Shown piece after piece: positions 46,551 through 60,174 of a DNA stretch of 64,000 nt. The DNA comes from Macrostomum lignano. Lineage: Eukaryota. The stretch is from contig NIVC01000151.1 in the NCBI GenBank assembly GCA_002269645.1, forward strand, positions 744,001 to 808,000, in the 5' to 3' direction. The stretch's first letter is position 1, and every line of letters begins with the position of its first letter. Position numbers and translations under genes: made by a program. Below the pieces are notes generated by a model. That model had not been told where the DNA came from, searched no databases, and saw only the letters and a program-made list of their open reading frames with translations.

Positions 46551-47942
46551 TGCCTCAAGACTTGGCATCTGAGCAACTCCCTCGAGTATTGGGTTTTGAT
46601 CAACTTCCTTTGATGCCTGTCATTGGGGCTGAGCACAGAATCGATAAATCATTGCAAACAAACGCAAGAGACAGCATAAGCGCCACAGTGTTGATAATAT
46701 TGCACAGATTCGCATTTATTACAACAAATTGCTACAGAATCGTTCTGCACTCTGCACACAAAAATAAACTGACGGTGCGCTAAAAGAGTCAAAACAAGCA
46801 GTCGGAAAATTTCAATTTTAGCTGAGGTGGTGTGATAAAGACCCACTGAGGCTCCAATCCAAAAGTCCTGTCAAAGTGCGCCAAATCTGTCATGATGAAA
46901 CAAGCAGTGAAGCAGAAAAAAGAAAGTAGACGAAAAGCCGCAGTATCCACATACTAAATCCATATACCTAAGGTACTAAAAATATAATGCTATAATTATA
47001 TTCGTTGATCAGAATATTGGCAAAAATCTCTGCTTAAAATGCCAAATGAACAAGCGACAGAATTATGAGCACACAGCAGGGTGCGCTGCCCCGAGATTCT
47101 GAGCGAGACAGCCAGGGCCACTCAGGAAAAAGCGTCAGATTGAAAACAAATTTCAGCATTCAACTGAAATTGAACGCGCAAGTGTGGAGTAGGACAATAA
47201 TCTACATGCCAAGATGAGGAACTTTAAAATATATGAATAATATTGCAGAGCCGAGGTTGCCACACACAGCAATGGCGAGAACACCAAATAAAACAGATCT
47301 GGATAAAGTTGATGAAGGTGGGGAACTAAAACAGGCGCAGGGCTTGCGGTGCCCATTGTGTACAGCTCAAATTATACAGGTGAATGAGTCAAAATGGAAA
47401 CAGACTTCTCAAATGAAAAAATAGTAGCGGGGGTAAAGGGAATTAACGAATTTCGCTTGTAGCAGCCTTGGCGCTCGGGACAAGCAGGCGAAGACCCACT
47501 CGGGCCATTTGCTTCGAACTCAGGACTGCCACATGGAGTCAAGGAATTGAGTTGTGCAACAAAGGAAAGTATAAATTCGCATGCAATAAGCAAAACAGAA
47601 GCCAGAATTAGCGCATCCTGGATGAGTGCTCAGCTCTGAGCAGCGTCAATCGCTTCTGTTGGGAGTCAAGCGGGCCGGACCAAGAAATTGGAAACCCGGC
47701 CGATGTTTTCGAATAGACTAAAGAGAAAGGCGGAGCAAAGTCTCCCAGAATGCCGGCTGCTCAACAGATTCACAATGGTAGAACAGGCTGCGCTTACAGC
47801 CCCGTGTAAGTTATCTGTGTGAAGAACTTTGCACCGCTGATCCCTTCAGCCATTTCAAAACGATTAAATTGGCCAGGATTGGCCGTTTGAAGGGAAGCGC
47901 CGGTTCCATTTCCTCAACTCTCCCAGTCAGAGGAAGCCACAC

Positions 47943-48325
47943 TCAGCACTGGCAGGCCCGGTGTCCGGAGTTCGAGTCCGCATCGCCGGCCCGCAGCTGG
48001 ATGGCCGCGGGAATTTCGGCAGCCGCAGCCTCATCGGCGGCAACAGCGGAGGTCTCGCCGGCCAGGGCGATGCGGGCTAGCGAACAGAAGGCCTCGTCAA
48101 CGTTGACGGCCTCCTTGGCGGAGCACTCGATGTAGGGCATGCCGCTCTTGCACTGAGCCCACTGGGCGGCCCGCTTCTTCGTGACGGAGCGGCTCTCCAG
48201 GTCCACCTTGTTGCCGATCAGGATGAAGGGGAATTTGTCCGGGTCGCGGGGCCCCGCCTGCACCAGGAATTCGTCGCGCCAAGAGTCCAGCGACTTGAAC
48301 GAGTTCGGCTGAGTGACGTCGTACA
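47943..48325 (-). CDS. RAB7: Rab7 terminal exon (5' exons not found)
   Basis: After a ccccag acceptor: [43 protein letters not shown]...[14 protein letters not shown]...CQC*. The PRDP insert and CXC end are diagnostic of Rab7. Confidence 0.85.
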
Positions 48326-49324
48326 CTGGGGTGAGGCGATGGGCGGGTGGCTGGCTATGCTACTGGCAGTGCTGCATATAACATTTTCACTGCATAAGCC
48401 TATTAATGGAAGAAATACTAAAGGCTCTGCTTGTGCTTGGCCTGAACAGATAACACGCTCAAGAACAATAGCTGGTGGCATTCCCGATGAAAACGGTACC
48501 TATGCCAAGAAGCGTTCCAGAGTCACCCGAGTCACCCCAGAGTCACTGCAGATGACACTGGGGTGTCATCTGGGCCGTAGAGTCGTATCTAAGACGTGCT
48601 AGAGTCGCTGTAGAGTCACTGAGTTGTGTTTGAAGCTCATTTGCGTCGCTTGATAAATTAGAGTCACATCTTTTAGCGAAAGTTAAGCACCAACACAACG
48701 ATTCTTTGACTCACGTGACGCAAAGGTTGCCTCTCCGTTGCATTAGACGCGTTCAGGTCGTTAGGGTGATGTTGACTAAGCTTTACAATAAGCTTCCGAG
48801 GACTGTACATGTACAGCTTCCAGAGCGCTTGAGTCAGCTTTTATACAGACCCACAAATTTAAAATGTGCTTAGAAAATTATACAATATAACAAATTACTA
48901 ACCGTTGTTAAATTGGACCAAATATCAGAGCATGCGAGTTTTTTGTGATTATTACCTGGACTCTTTGGCTCATACCCGCTCCTCAACATAAATTTGGCTT
49001 CGCTGTTAATGAAAGGATCGAGTCAACACTGTATCGCGACAAATTCTGATTTCAGAACCCCATAAGTAATGTTGGGTAGTAATAGTAAAATAAGATCATC
49101 AATCAGTATAACAAGCATTATGTAGTCATCTATCTACCTGCATTCTTTATAAGAATTATCTTCATTTCTTTAGCTATCTGGACCATTTGCTATATGATTT
49201 CATTTATTAACAAGTTTTGAACCGAATATGGCCATGGAATGGCCTATACATATCAAGCATGGACTGGCCTTAAACATGCTGTTCTTTAATAAATATCAGG
49301 AAATTTGCAGTCCGATGTGTTCGA

Positions 49325-50440
49325 AAAATGGATATGTTCAAGTCCATGCTTGAGAGCGGCTCAAAAAATGGATATGTTCAAGTCCATGCTTGAAAGCGGC
49401 TCAAAAATGGATATGTTCAAGTCCATGCTTGAGAGCGGCTCAAAAAATGGATATGTTCAAGTCCATGCTTGAAAGCGGCTCAAAAATGGATATGTTCAAG
49501 TCCATGCTTGAGAGCGGCTCAAAAATGGATATTTTCAAGTCCATGCTTGAGAGCGGCTCAAAAATGGATATGTTCAAGTCCATGCTTGAGAGCGGCTCAA
49601 AAAATGGATATGTTCAAGTCCATGCTTGAGAGCGGCTCAAAAAATGGATATGTTCAAGTCCATGCTTGAGAGCGGCTCAAAAATGGATATGTTCAAGTCC
49701 ATGCTTGAGAGCGGCTCAGAAAATGGATATGTTTTAAGTCCATGCTTGAGAGCGGCTCAAAAAATGGATATGTTCAAGTCCATGCTTGAGAGCGGCTCAG
49801 AAAATGGATATGTTCAAGTCCATGCTTGAGAGCGGCTCAAAAAATTGATATGTTCAAGTCTATGCTTGAGAGCGGCTCAAAAAATGGATATGTTCAAGTC
49901 CATGCTTGAAAGCGGCTCAAAATGGATATGTTCAAGTCCATGCTTGAGAGCGGCTCAAAAAATGGATATGTTCAAGTCCATGCTTGAGAGCGGCTCAGAA
50001 AATGGATATGTTCAAGTCCATGCTTGAGAGCGGCTCAAAAAATGGATATGTTCAAGTCCATGCTTGAGAGCGGCTCAGAAAATGGATATGTTCAAGTCCA
50101 TGCTTGAGAGCGGCTCAAAAAACTGATATGTTCAAGTCTATGCTTGAGAGCGGCTCAAAAAATGGATATGTTCAAGTCCATGCTTGAGAGCGGCTCAAAA
50201 AATGGATATGTTCAAGTCCATGCTTGAGAGCGGCTCAAAAAATGGATATGTTCAAGTCCATGCTTGAGAGCGGCTCAAAAATGGATATGTTCAAGTCCAT
50301 GCTTGAGAGCGGCTCAGAAAATGGATATGTTCAAGTCCATGCTTGAGAGCGGCTCAAAAAATTGATATGTTCAAGTCCATGCTTGAGAGCGGCTCAAAAA
50401 ATTGATATGTTCAAGTCCATGCTTGAGAGCGGCTCAAAAA
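49325..50440. repeat. 39-40-bp minisatellite (aaaatggatatgttcaagtccatgcttgagagcggctca), about 28 copies
   Basis: Homogeneous tandem array with no spacers. Confidence 0.95.
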
Positions 50441-51039
50441 TGTATATAAAATGACGAAATGAGACCAAAATAAATGCATTCGTTTCTGTCTCAAGACAAT
50501 TCAAACGCGTTCTAAGTGTAAAAGCCGCACATATGTATTTCTGCTTGAGTAGCAATAAAAAACTGCAGAGTTTAAGGACCAGGTGCGAATAGAAGCAGCA
50601 AACTGACTCTGTAAGCCGGGGCGCGGCAAAGAGATGGCAGAATTTCGCACCCGGCAATGGCTACCCAGTGTTAGGAGACAGACAGTGCAGTAAAGCCGGC
50701 GAGGAGTGAGCCATCGCCCTGACGACGGCTAAACGACACCAAGGCCAGTGGGGGGAAGTCGACAAATGCAAAACAGGGGGCAGCGAGGATATGAAAAATC
50801 AGTGCGATCGGCTGCGACTCGGCCAGACTGGGAGAAAAATTTGCGCTCGAGACTGGCCGGGCAGGGGCGGGAAATGCAGGGCGGGGGGGAGGCAGTGCTC
50901 GAACTGACGCACAGCGCGATTGACAGACAGCGAGCAGTGCAAGCAGGAGACAGATTTGCTATTTGCTTTTCTCAGTTAAAAATCATCGACTCTCAAGCGA
51001 ATGCAGACTTTCGAGCTGCTCCGAACTCTCAGACCTGGG

Positions 51040-51302
51040 CATACATGCGCAACAGTCGGCCGAGTCGGCCGACCGATTTGGCGGCCAACCAAGGAAGTCG
51101 CAAAAATGCCCACCCGAAAAATAATGAAGCAGTAGTACTAAGTAGCTGACGAGGCATTTTTGCTTAATAAGACAGTCAGGTTACTCCTGCCGTTTACCCA
51201 AAGTTGCGTTAATTTTGCTTTAGGGTTTTTTTACATGTAAGTCGCATTTTTGTTAAAACTAAGTCGCATGGCCGACCGAATTTCAGAGGTTGCGCATGTA
51301 TG
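51040..51302. mobile_element. hAT-family MITE, copy 1
   Basis: Perfect 14-bp TIR catacatgcgcaac/gttgcgcatgtatg; 8-bp TSD gacctggg/gacctggc. Confidence 0.85.
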
Positions 51303-51467
51303 GACCTGGCGCAGCGGCCCCTGCTCGTGCTCGCGTTAATAACCGCGAATAGGAAAAGTCAGTTGGACAAACGAAAAGAATTACAAAAATTAGAAATATT
51401 AATAAAGCCAAAAGGGTTAAAAAAGCAATTCAACAGAGAGTGCAGAGAGAATGCATGCGCGCCCCGC

Positions 51468-53122
51468 TCACTGCTGCTCCGCCTGACTGGCGAACGAATT
51501 GTGCCGGGCGTAGCTGCTCCGGCCGCCGCGGAATCCGCCGCCGCGATGGCCACCGCCGCCTTCACCGCCAAAGCTCGCGCGGTCGCCGCCGCCGAAACCG
51601 CCGCGATGGCCGTCAGCGCCGAAGCTGGTGCGCTCGCCGCGATGTCCGCCACCGCCACCTCCGCGGCCGCCGAAGCCACGACCACCGCGTTCACCGCCAC
51701 CGCCACCGAAGCCCCGACCGCCGCGACCTCCGCCACGGAAACCGCCTCCGCCGCGGCCACCGCGGTGCTCGTTAAAGCCGCCGCCGCCACGGCTACGACC
51801 GCCGCGGCCGCGCGAGTAGGCGATGAACTCGCCGCCGTTATCGGCGTCGCCAGCGGATACGGTGTCAGCAGACGGTCCGGCCTGCGGAGAAGACAAAAAG
51901 AATTCAAGACAAATGTTTTGTAAAAGAAAGCACAGCAAGCAGACAAATCAATTGACGAATTGACCAATTTTCACCTGCTGGAAGCCACCGCCGCCGCCGT
52001 TGTTAGCGGCTGGGAAGCTGGACGCAGCAGATGGAGCGGGCATGGGCTCGTCAGCCCAGTGCTTGGGCTGGGACCAGGCCGGCTTGGCCTGAGCCGGTGG
52101 CTCCGGCTCCTCATCTACAGGGGCTTGGAGAGCTTCCGCAGGCACCGGCTGCTGCTGCTGCTCAGCAATAGCGGGGGCCGGCGGCTGCGTTGCCACGGCC
52201 GGCTGGCGATCGGCGGTGAAGAACGGCAGGCCGGCCAGACGCTTCACCAGTTCGGCGACGTTGCGGAAGGTGGAGCCGCCCGGCTGCAGAGGCCGGTCAG
52301 CCTCGGCCAGGTAGTGCTGCCAGTTCTCGGCGCTGGCCCGCAGCCGGGCCGGCCAGGCCGCTACGGCGCCGTCGGAGGCGTCGGCCGGCGTCTCGCGGCG
52401 CGGCGTCACGGCCTGGTAGAGCAGGTCCAGGCTCTCCAGCTGAGGGTTTTTGGTTGGATTTGTTAATTTTTAGGCCGAACCGCCGCTGTGTTTACTAAGA
52501 GTAGTTTATTAGGCGCCATCTATGCACAAAGCCTTGATCATGGAACTCAAGTTTAATAGCGTAGGGAAGCAGTTTTCGATGTGAAATCTCTAGCTGGTGA
52601 AGTGTTCCCTATTCTGAGAAAGTGCCAGCGCTCTCTGCGTTGGAAACAGTAGCTAAAATTACAATATTGCTATCGATAAGCAAATTGTCCATCTGCCAAT
52701 TTGGAGCCCGCGCCCAAGCTGAAATCTTACAGGCTGCTTATAGAATACAAAATCAATAGAAAATCAAGTATTCCTAAGCAGCGCGAGCTCCGCACCTCCT
52801 CAGCGCTGAGCGTCACTCCGTTGACTCCCCGAGCGAAGGCCTCTTTGAGCTCATCGGCGCCCATCTCGTCAAGCAGCGCCTGGGCGCGAACCACGGACTC
52901 CAGCTGGTCGAGTTCGCGCTTGTCCCGCTCGATCTTGGCCTTCTTGTCGGCCTTCTTGGCCAGCCGCTCCTGCTCAGTCAGAGTCTGGCTCACGTAGCCC
53001 AGCACGTCGCGAGCGAAGTCCAAGTTGCCCTGCACGGTTGCCATGGAGGCCAGAGCTTCGATCTGCTGCTGCTCGAGAGTTTCGCCTTTTTCCTGGCGCT
53101 TCTGGTAATCGTCCAAGCGGTT
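51468..53122 (-). CDS. CAPRIN1: Caprin family RNA-binding protein, last 3 exons (first coding exon not found)
   Basis: Exons 53122-52796, 52439-51975, 51881-51468, all phase 0. HR1 domain NRLDDYQKRQEKGETLEQQQIEAL...NLDFARD...LLDEMGADELKEAFARGVNG; RGG-rich C-terminus. Confidence 0.88.
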
Positions 53123-53722
53123 CTGTTTGGCAGGGCAGTTGGTTGTCAAGCGTTTTGGCATCATTAAACTGAATATTACAAAAGAGTAATTTTTTACATT
53201 ACAAGTTATTAATAATTATGCATAACACTTAATCTAGCCTGCCTGGTAAAACTTTTAAAGACTTAAATTATGAAAAGGCAATATGCCAATAAATTGAGCT
53301 TCTATGACATGAAGCTTTGTAGGAAAATCCAAAGGGCCTGTAGACTTAAGCTAATAAAGTGAAGCTCAAGTAACCTATGTACACAAATGATAGCTCATTC
53401 TGCCCACAATGACACCAGGAAGCTGGGTTTGGTAAAAAAATTGGACTTGGGATAGGGGAGAACAAGCAAGGGGATAATTAAGGACTATAATGTCAACTTT
53501 AACTCATAAAGTGGAGTCATTCATTCTCACACTAACACTCCCAAACTTACTCTGTCATCTTGAACATTGCGAGCACTCAATAGCTTCTATGTTGACAACA
53601 GGCAATACACTACATATGGGCATGCAACTAAATTTTAATACGTCATTATCAAAAACAATTTAAGCTGATATAAAAAATCTGCTTTTATTAGTACAGATAT
53701 ACAATTCTAATACAATTATACA

Positions 53723-53984
53723 CATACATGCGCAACAGTCGGCCGACCGATTTGGCGGCCAACCAAGGTAAGTTGCAAAAATGCCCAGCCGAATAAATAA
53801 CCAAGTAGTACTAAGTAGATGACGAGGCATTTTGCCTTAATAAGACAGTCATAGTTACTCCTGCCGTTTACCCAAAGTTGCAAAATTTTTTATGTAAGTT
53901 ACATTTTTGGCCAAAAACTACGTTGCATTTTTTGTAAAAACTAAGTCGCACGGCTGACAAAATTTTGGAGGTTGCACATGTATG
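53723..53984. mobile_element. hAT-family MITE, copy 2
   Basis: TIR catacatgcgcaac/gttgcacatgtatg; TSD attataca/atcataca; same orientation as copy 1. Confidence 0.85.
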
Positions 53985-56432
53985 ATCATACATGCAGAAA
54001 ATGCGAATTTTGGGGCTTAAAGTATATATCAGTGGCAATAACTGCTAATTGGCAAACATCTAGCTAATGAGAGTTCAAGCAATTTTGTTAGTGTTTCACT
54101 GCAAAAAATGGTCAAACCATAAATACGTTATAACATATACCTGAATTCCCTATATGTATATGATATGATATGACATATGACTATACAATTCATTATTAAG
54201 GGTTAGATACTTATAATATTAAATTTTTAAGATTTGATATTTTTAACAATATAATACATAATTCAATTTAGACTTAGAGATTTTGGACTTTATTAATTTT
54301 GCAACTACTGTGACAATGTCAGATTGTTTTCTTTTCTTGGATCATTAACATTTGATATAATCTATTTACCTCTATTCATATCTAATTTAACCTATACTCA
54401 AATCTTTTTATATAACTTTCTATTAAAAATAGCACATAGATAATATTATAATTTAAATTGAATGAACAAAACAAAAAAGCTCTAGAATCTTCTTTTATAG
54501 CTTTATCTTGTTTTTTTTCTTTTTCTCATGGCCTTTATGCTTTATTAAAATTATCTAATAATGTCAAACCAAATTCTTTTTTGGCTTTTCTATGTATAGC
54601 AATCTTAGTATAATATAGTTTAGGCCATACTTTTATAAATAAAAAATCTTTAAAGAAATATATATTAACCAGACTCAGGATAATATATAGATGTATTCCA
54701 GAAAATTCTAATATAAAAAAGGATCTAGTATATCCAATTGGCATATAAAGGAGCTTGGCGTACCCCTTTGGTATATAGCTTGGTATACAAAGATCACAAG
54801 ATATCAGGTGGGACCAAGTTATGAGTCTCAATCAATATACACTGCAGTTGGCATATAAAAAATAACCAAGTTCAAGTTTTGCAAATTCTATATATTTTTT
54901 ATAACTTTTATAGAAAGTTTACTAGCTATATATATAGCTACAAATATAGATATAAGAAAAAATGGTTATAGCAAAACTCTATTTACAAATAAGATCCAAA
55001 TGGCAAAATCCAAAAACAGAATACTTTACAATTTAAATTTATATAAAGTAAATATTTTTTCTTGTATATTAATAGTTTAGGATTTAAATTTAACTTGGCT
55101 AAAAAACTCCATGCTAAAAAAGTAATACAATCCACTTAGATAACAACCACTTTGGTCACAAAAATGACCACTTTGATAACAGCCACTTTTGTAACAAAAC
55201 AGATTTACAATTGTCAACTTTATATCTTTATGGTAATTACCTTTTGCAACAAATAGTTTAATAGTTAAATTTGTAAATATTTTTTTTACAATGTATGCTT
55301 TAATTTTCTAATTAAACTGTATTCTAATTTGTTTAAATTTGCATATTAACTTTGTAAAAAATTTGAAGGCACAGAAAATTAAGCAAAGGCTACATATTAA
55401 AATTGAACATTTTAAATAATTATCGAAGGTAAAAAGTAGATTTTATAGTTTTAAGTGATTAACTTAGATAATCCAATGTATATCATTTTTGATCAGTTAT
55501 ACAATGTCTTGGTGCATGTTTCTAACTGAGGTATCGAGAAATGAAAATAGATCAATAAAAGAACTTTTAAACAAATTAAACATATGCAGATATGCAGTTT
55601 TCTGCATCAATCCAAATCTCTTGAAGTGTGTGAGAAGTGTGTGAAAAGGAAAATTTTCAAATTTATTGTGGATCTTCACACTGCAAATCATGTAGTATAT
55701 GCCCAAAAATTTTGGTATGCATTGGCCTTGCATGCCATAAGTAAGCGTGCATAGTTGGCATGCATTACTCTTAAGAAAAGTGTGTATGCATACCTAGCAT
55801 ATACTTTATAGAATCACATGGAAGAATTATTGTTAACAAGAAAAAAAGATAAAAAAATTCATTTTAAAACATAAATTTCAAGCTTTCCAGGTTTTTAGGC
55901 TTGTAATAAGGCATTTAAACAAATCTTTGTATACATTGGGTTTTTACTATAAATAGTATAGCCAAAAAGCAGAAAAATTAATCAAATGATTTGCCAAAAT
56001 ATTATAATATGCAATTAAAAAAGGTCCTTTATTGTCACAATGTAAAAGGGTCATTTATTATTATAATACTAGCCTAGTTTTGAGAATGGGCGTGCATTCA
56101 ATTTTTTTTTGGTGTGCATTTGTAACTATTTGATTTTTGTTTGGGTGTGCAACCAGCATGATCCAGACTATAGTGGGTAGATTTAAAATATTTTTTGTTA
56201 TTCTTTTTTAAGTTCATTGGTACATTTTTCTGGAGCTTATCAATTAATACATATTATTATTCTTATTTGTTATCAGCGTAGCTATTACCAAAATGGCTAT
56301 TATCAAATAATATAACTATGTTAATTTTATAGAAGAAATAATTTTATATTTGTAAGAAATAAACATGCAACTTTGGTTCTGTTTGGTAAAATCTACTTCA
56401 AATTCTACATTGATATGTTTTAATAGGTCCTA

Positions 56433-57476
56433 GTCATTTCGTCAACTGGCGTTTCGTCAACTGGCCATTTCGTCAACTCGGTTTTATCACTGGTCGTTTC
56501 GTCAACTAGCCAATGAAGCGATCTCAAACCTTGGTCACTTCGTCGACTGGCCAACAAGGAGTTTCCCAACATGGTCACTTCGTCAACTGCCAATAAACTA
56601 CCCCGCCGCAGCCACAAAAAAGTAAAACTGAACCCTGAAATGACTAAGTCGACAGGCTAATTAATATTCATACCCTTCTGCAACATCTGCCGGCTTTCGA
56701 TCGATTCGTCTCTGATATACACTCGTTAATGTACTAACAAAATATAATGCGCTCATGTGTTTGAAACGTGTGCAGCACGACGGGGCTGACATCGCGTGTT
56801 ACACATTTGTATATGTTAAATTTTGAATGCAGAAGTTAATTAAGAAGTAGTACATGTAGTTGAGGAGTACCCGGACCAAAGATAACACTTGAAGTGGCCG
56901 CGGGTCCTCTATTCGCAACACATACATTTAGAAAGCATTCCCAATCAAGCCATTACATACATACATGAATGTATGGTCATGTATGACTGCGCAACAGGTT
57001 GCTTGGACGGAACAGGTCGGCACGGTGATACAAAAGCCACGTTGGTCACTCACATAGGCGATCTTGAAGGTGGCATGCAGCTATACCCATGTCCATGTTA
57101 CATAGTCGCATGTATGTTCGCATAATGTACAAATACTCAAGATTCATTAATGCCCAGACGCATTGGGTATGAGTGCGCATGAGTGACGCATTTGCATAGA
57201 ATATTTTCATTGAAACATTTAACCTAATGGACATGCTGCAGTCTGGTATTGCAAAATTATAAAATTTGATTGTTTTAAAAAAATAAGGCAATAAAACAAG
57301 TCATCGATATAACAATTATTGTAAGCTATACAAGATTATGCAGCTGTATCAGTTACATACGTGTATCATTCATATAATGAAAATTTTGGTCACTTTGTCA
57401 ACAAAGCAAATGGGAAGGACCTAAGCATTGGTCACTTCGTCAACCGAGTTGACAAAACGCCAGTTGACGAAATGAC
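56433..57476. mobile_element. Non-autonomous TIR element with ttcgtcaact subterminal repeats
   Basis: gtcatttcgtcaactggcgtttcgtcaact at the left end versus agttgacaaaacgccagttgacgaaatgac at the right end. Confidence 0.7.
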
Positions 57477-60174
57477 CATCACCCATTTTAATCCAGCATT
57501 GAATAGGCTTAAAACTCAAGTTGAAATTAGGCCTTAGTGTAGGAAATCTTGCATTGAATTCCACATTAAATAGGCTTAAGAACTCAAGTTGAGTTTAGTA
57601 CAGGAAATCCTACATTGAGTTCTACATTGAAATATAAAACATAGGGGGCCTATATCAACATGGAATTTGATGTGGTTTTTATTGTGCAAAACCAAAGTTG
57701 CTAGTTACATATGTAGAAATAAAAAAAACCAAATGCTAGGCCTACTCTAATATTTTTTCTTCTAGGCCCTACCTTGCATTTGCTTTTTTTAGATTAGACT
57801 TAGAAGTTTTTGCTAGACATAAACTAGATCCATTAGTTAGAAATAGATATGAATGTAGCATTAGGCTTAGTTCTATCTTCCATGTTTCGTAGGCTCTAAT
57901 AAATAGCCCAAATAGGTCTACAGAATTGAGAAAAGCATATAATAGGCCTAGGCCCTATGATTATGAAGTGCTTACCTTTCTTTTTTTCCAGATTGCGTAT
58001 TTTTTTCTCTATATAAACTTGCATGCTCCGATAGCCTTCTGGCTCACTTGAAGCTTTACCATTTTCAGTGGACATTTTTTAGTCACAAATCACGCAATAT
58101 TGCAAATTATGTGCTAAAATCTATACGACTATTGCTAGCTAGGCCTAGGCAAAAATTAAAACCCACTATGGGCAATGGCTCACTGAACCCACTGAATTTT
58201 AGATATTTAGATTCACAGAAACTTTAAAATGAGAATTGAACAGTGAACATTGAAAGGAGAGAAAGGGTAGTAAAATTGATTACCGGGCGATCAAACTTAA
58301 AACAACGTAATTTGATGTTCGTAATACACGGACTAACATGCGGCCATAATGTCAAGTGTACGATATCACTGCAGTTTGAATGTGTGTGAAAGCTAATAGC
58401 TGCTCAATACGAAATGAACAGAAACAATTTAAACAAAAAATATTTTGCTTTTAGAAAAAAATTGTTTGTGTTAATAATTAATTAATTAGAGAAATATTTT
58501 TGCAATAAAAATAAAATTTAAAAGTTACTATATTTTTAAAAAGTAAAACAGCCCTGCAATGATCGACATTAATTGTCAAACACAATTGGACGGCGGCGTA
58601 TAAGCCGAAAAATTAATGTGGTTATACAAAATATAGTCCGGTGACGTAAAATCAGCCCTGACCCACTTTAGTTTTTCTGTTTTTTACTTCCATGTATTAC
58701 ATACAGTGTAGCCTCTGTCTGCATGTTCTCTAAACTTCTCTCTTTATCCGATCGATCTGTTTGGTCCTCTGACTGCAGCTGACACCATGCCGGGGCACCA
58801 AGGGATGATAGTCATCCTTGAGTCGATGGGTCACCTTTTTCAATCCTCCATAACTTAATCCAGGATCAGGGTAGGTTCTCAGTTTTTTGGCAGGTGCGGT
58901 TGAAGCTGGACGAGTACGACGAAAGCCGTACGGTGGTACGTAAGATCAACCCCCCCCCCCAGAGGCATATGACACCAAACCTACATATGTACATAATTTC
59001 ATGCAACTGGCTCTTTGCAAGTTCAATCATTTAATTGCTTGGCTTGCTGCTCTGGTTGCTGTTTCGTTTGCTGCTATGTATCTAGGTATAGCTATACATA
59101 AGTATACATGTATAGTAGGGATGTTGCATCATGGGTTGCCGCGATCTCGCTATATACAGTACTAGCAAAGCCGCTAGCTGAACAACTTTAAGTTCAACTC
59201 AAGTCTCACTGCACCTTCTTGAGCTCGCCCGGGGGTACCTGAGTTCTGAAAAGTGAAACTTCAAGTTTCTAACTGTACAACTATTTGGCCGACCTACAGT
59301 ACATATACATGTACTTCATCGCTTACGACACACCTGTAGACAATAGCAGATTCTCTGTTCCTGGCTTCATTCTCAAACCTAAGCTTATATGGATTCATGA
59401 ATATTATAGCAAATACAATACACTTATTAAACTTAGATCGACCGCAGACCTCCACAACGTCATCTTCTTCTACGTTCTACCAGCTGAAGCTCGTCAACTG
59501 GACCGTCTTCATGAAGCACTTTGACTCTCAAAAATGATGGAAAACTGATTTGCAGATTAATTTGCTCACTGACCTGGATTGGATTCTTGGTGAGGCACAA
59601 TTCTTGTCTAATTCCTACAACCAATAAAATGCAGCTGCTATGATGCAGGGGGGGGGTTCCTGCGTTTTCAGGCTTCATGCATGGCCATAGACTTGGTGCT
59701 GACAAAAGCTCGCTTGCATTGTACCTATCGATACAATTTTTGGACTCACCTTACAGTAATTTTCCTGTTGCCTTTCTCTCCTCTCTGTCGCTCTGCTTCT
59801 TCAGAATCAGAAAATTTATTGAATGCTTTGATGACATGAAATTTTTGGGTCTTGCTGATTCAGCTGCTCTACCTGTCCGCATTCAGGCCCCGGCCTAGCG
59901 GCGCAGAGGCTGCAGCCACCACACCAAGGCATCGAGGGTCAGTTAATGAATTCTTTTCAGCCACGGCCACCAGGGCGCAAAACTTCCAGGCTCGCAGTTG
60001 GCCGCAGGCATCGATTATGCTCGGTGCAAACGTAATAGACAAGAAGAACTTGCGATGACCTCTTCGCCAGTTAAAATAACCAGCAAAGTTTTTCATGATA
60101 TCCCCTCTGCTAGTTTGGAAACTTGTATTTTCCTTGCTCGTTCAATTTGCGCTCCATGTCAAAAACACTCGGTC

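Noticed and set aside
51300-52466. Ala-rich and other plus-strand ORFs
   Set aside because: Antisense shadows of the GC-rich caprin RGG and HR1 exons.
58680-60170. Scattered coding-looking patches (possible caprin exon 1 or another gene)
   Set aside because: Frames are interrupted by stops, with no recognisable motif and no consistent splice chain.
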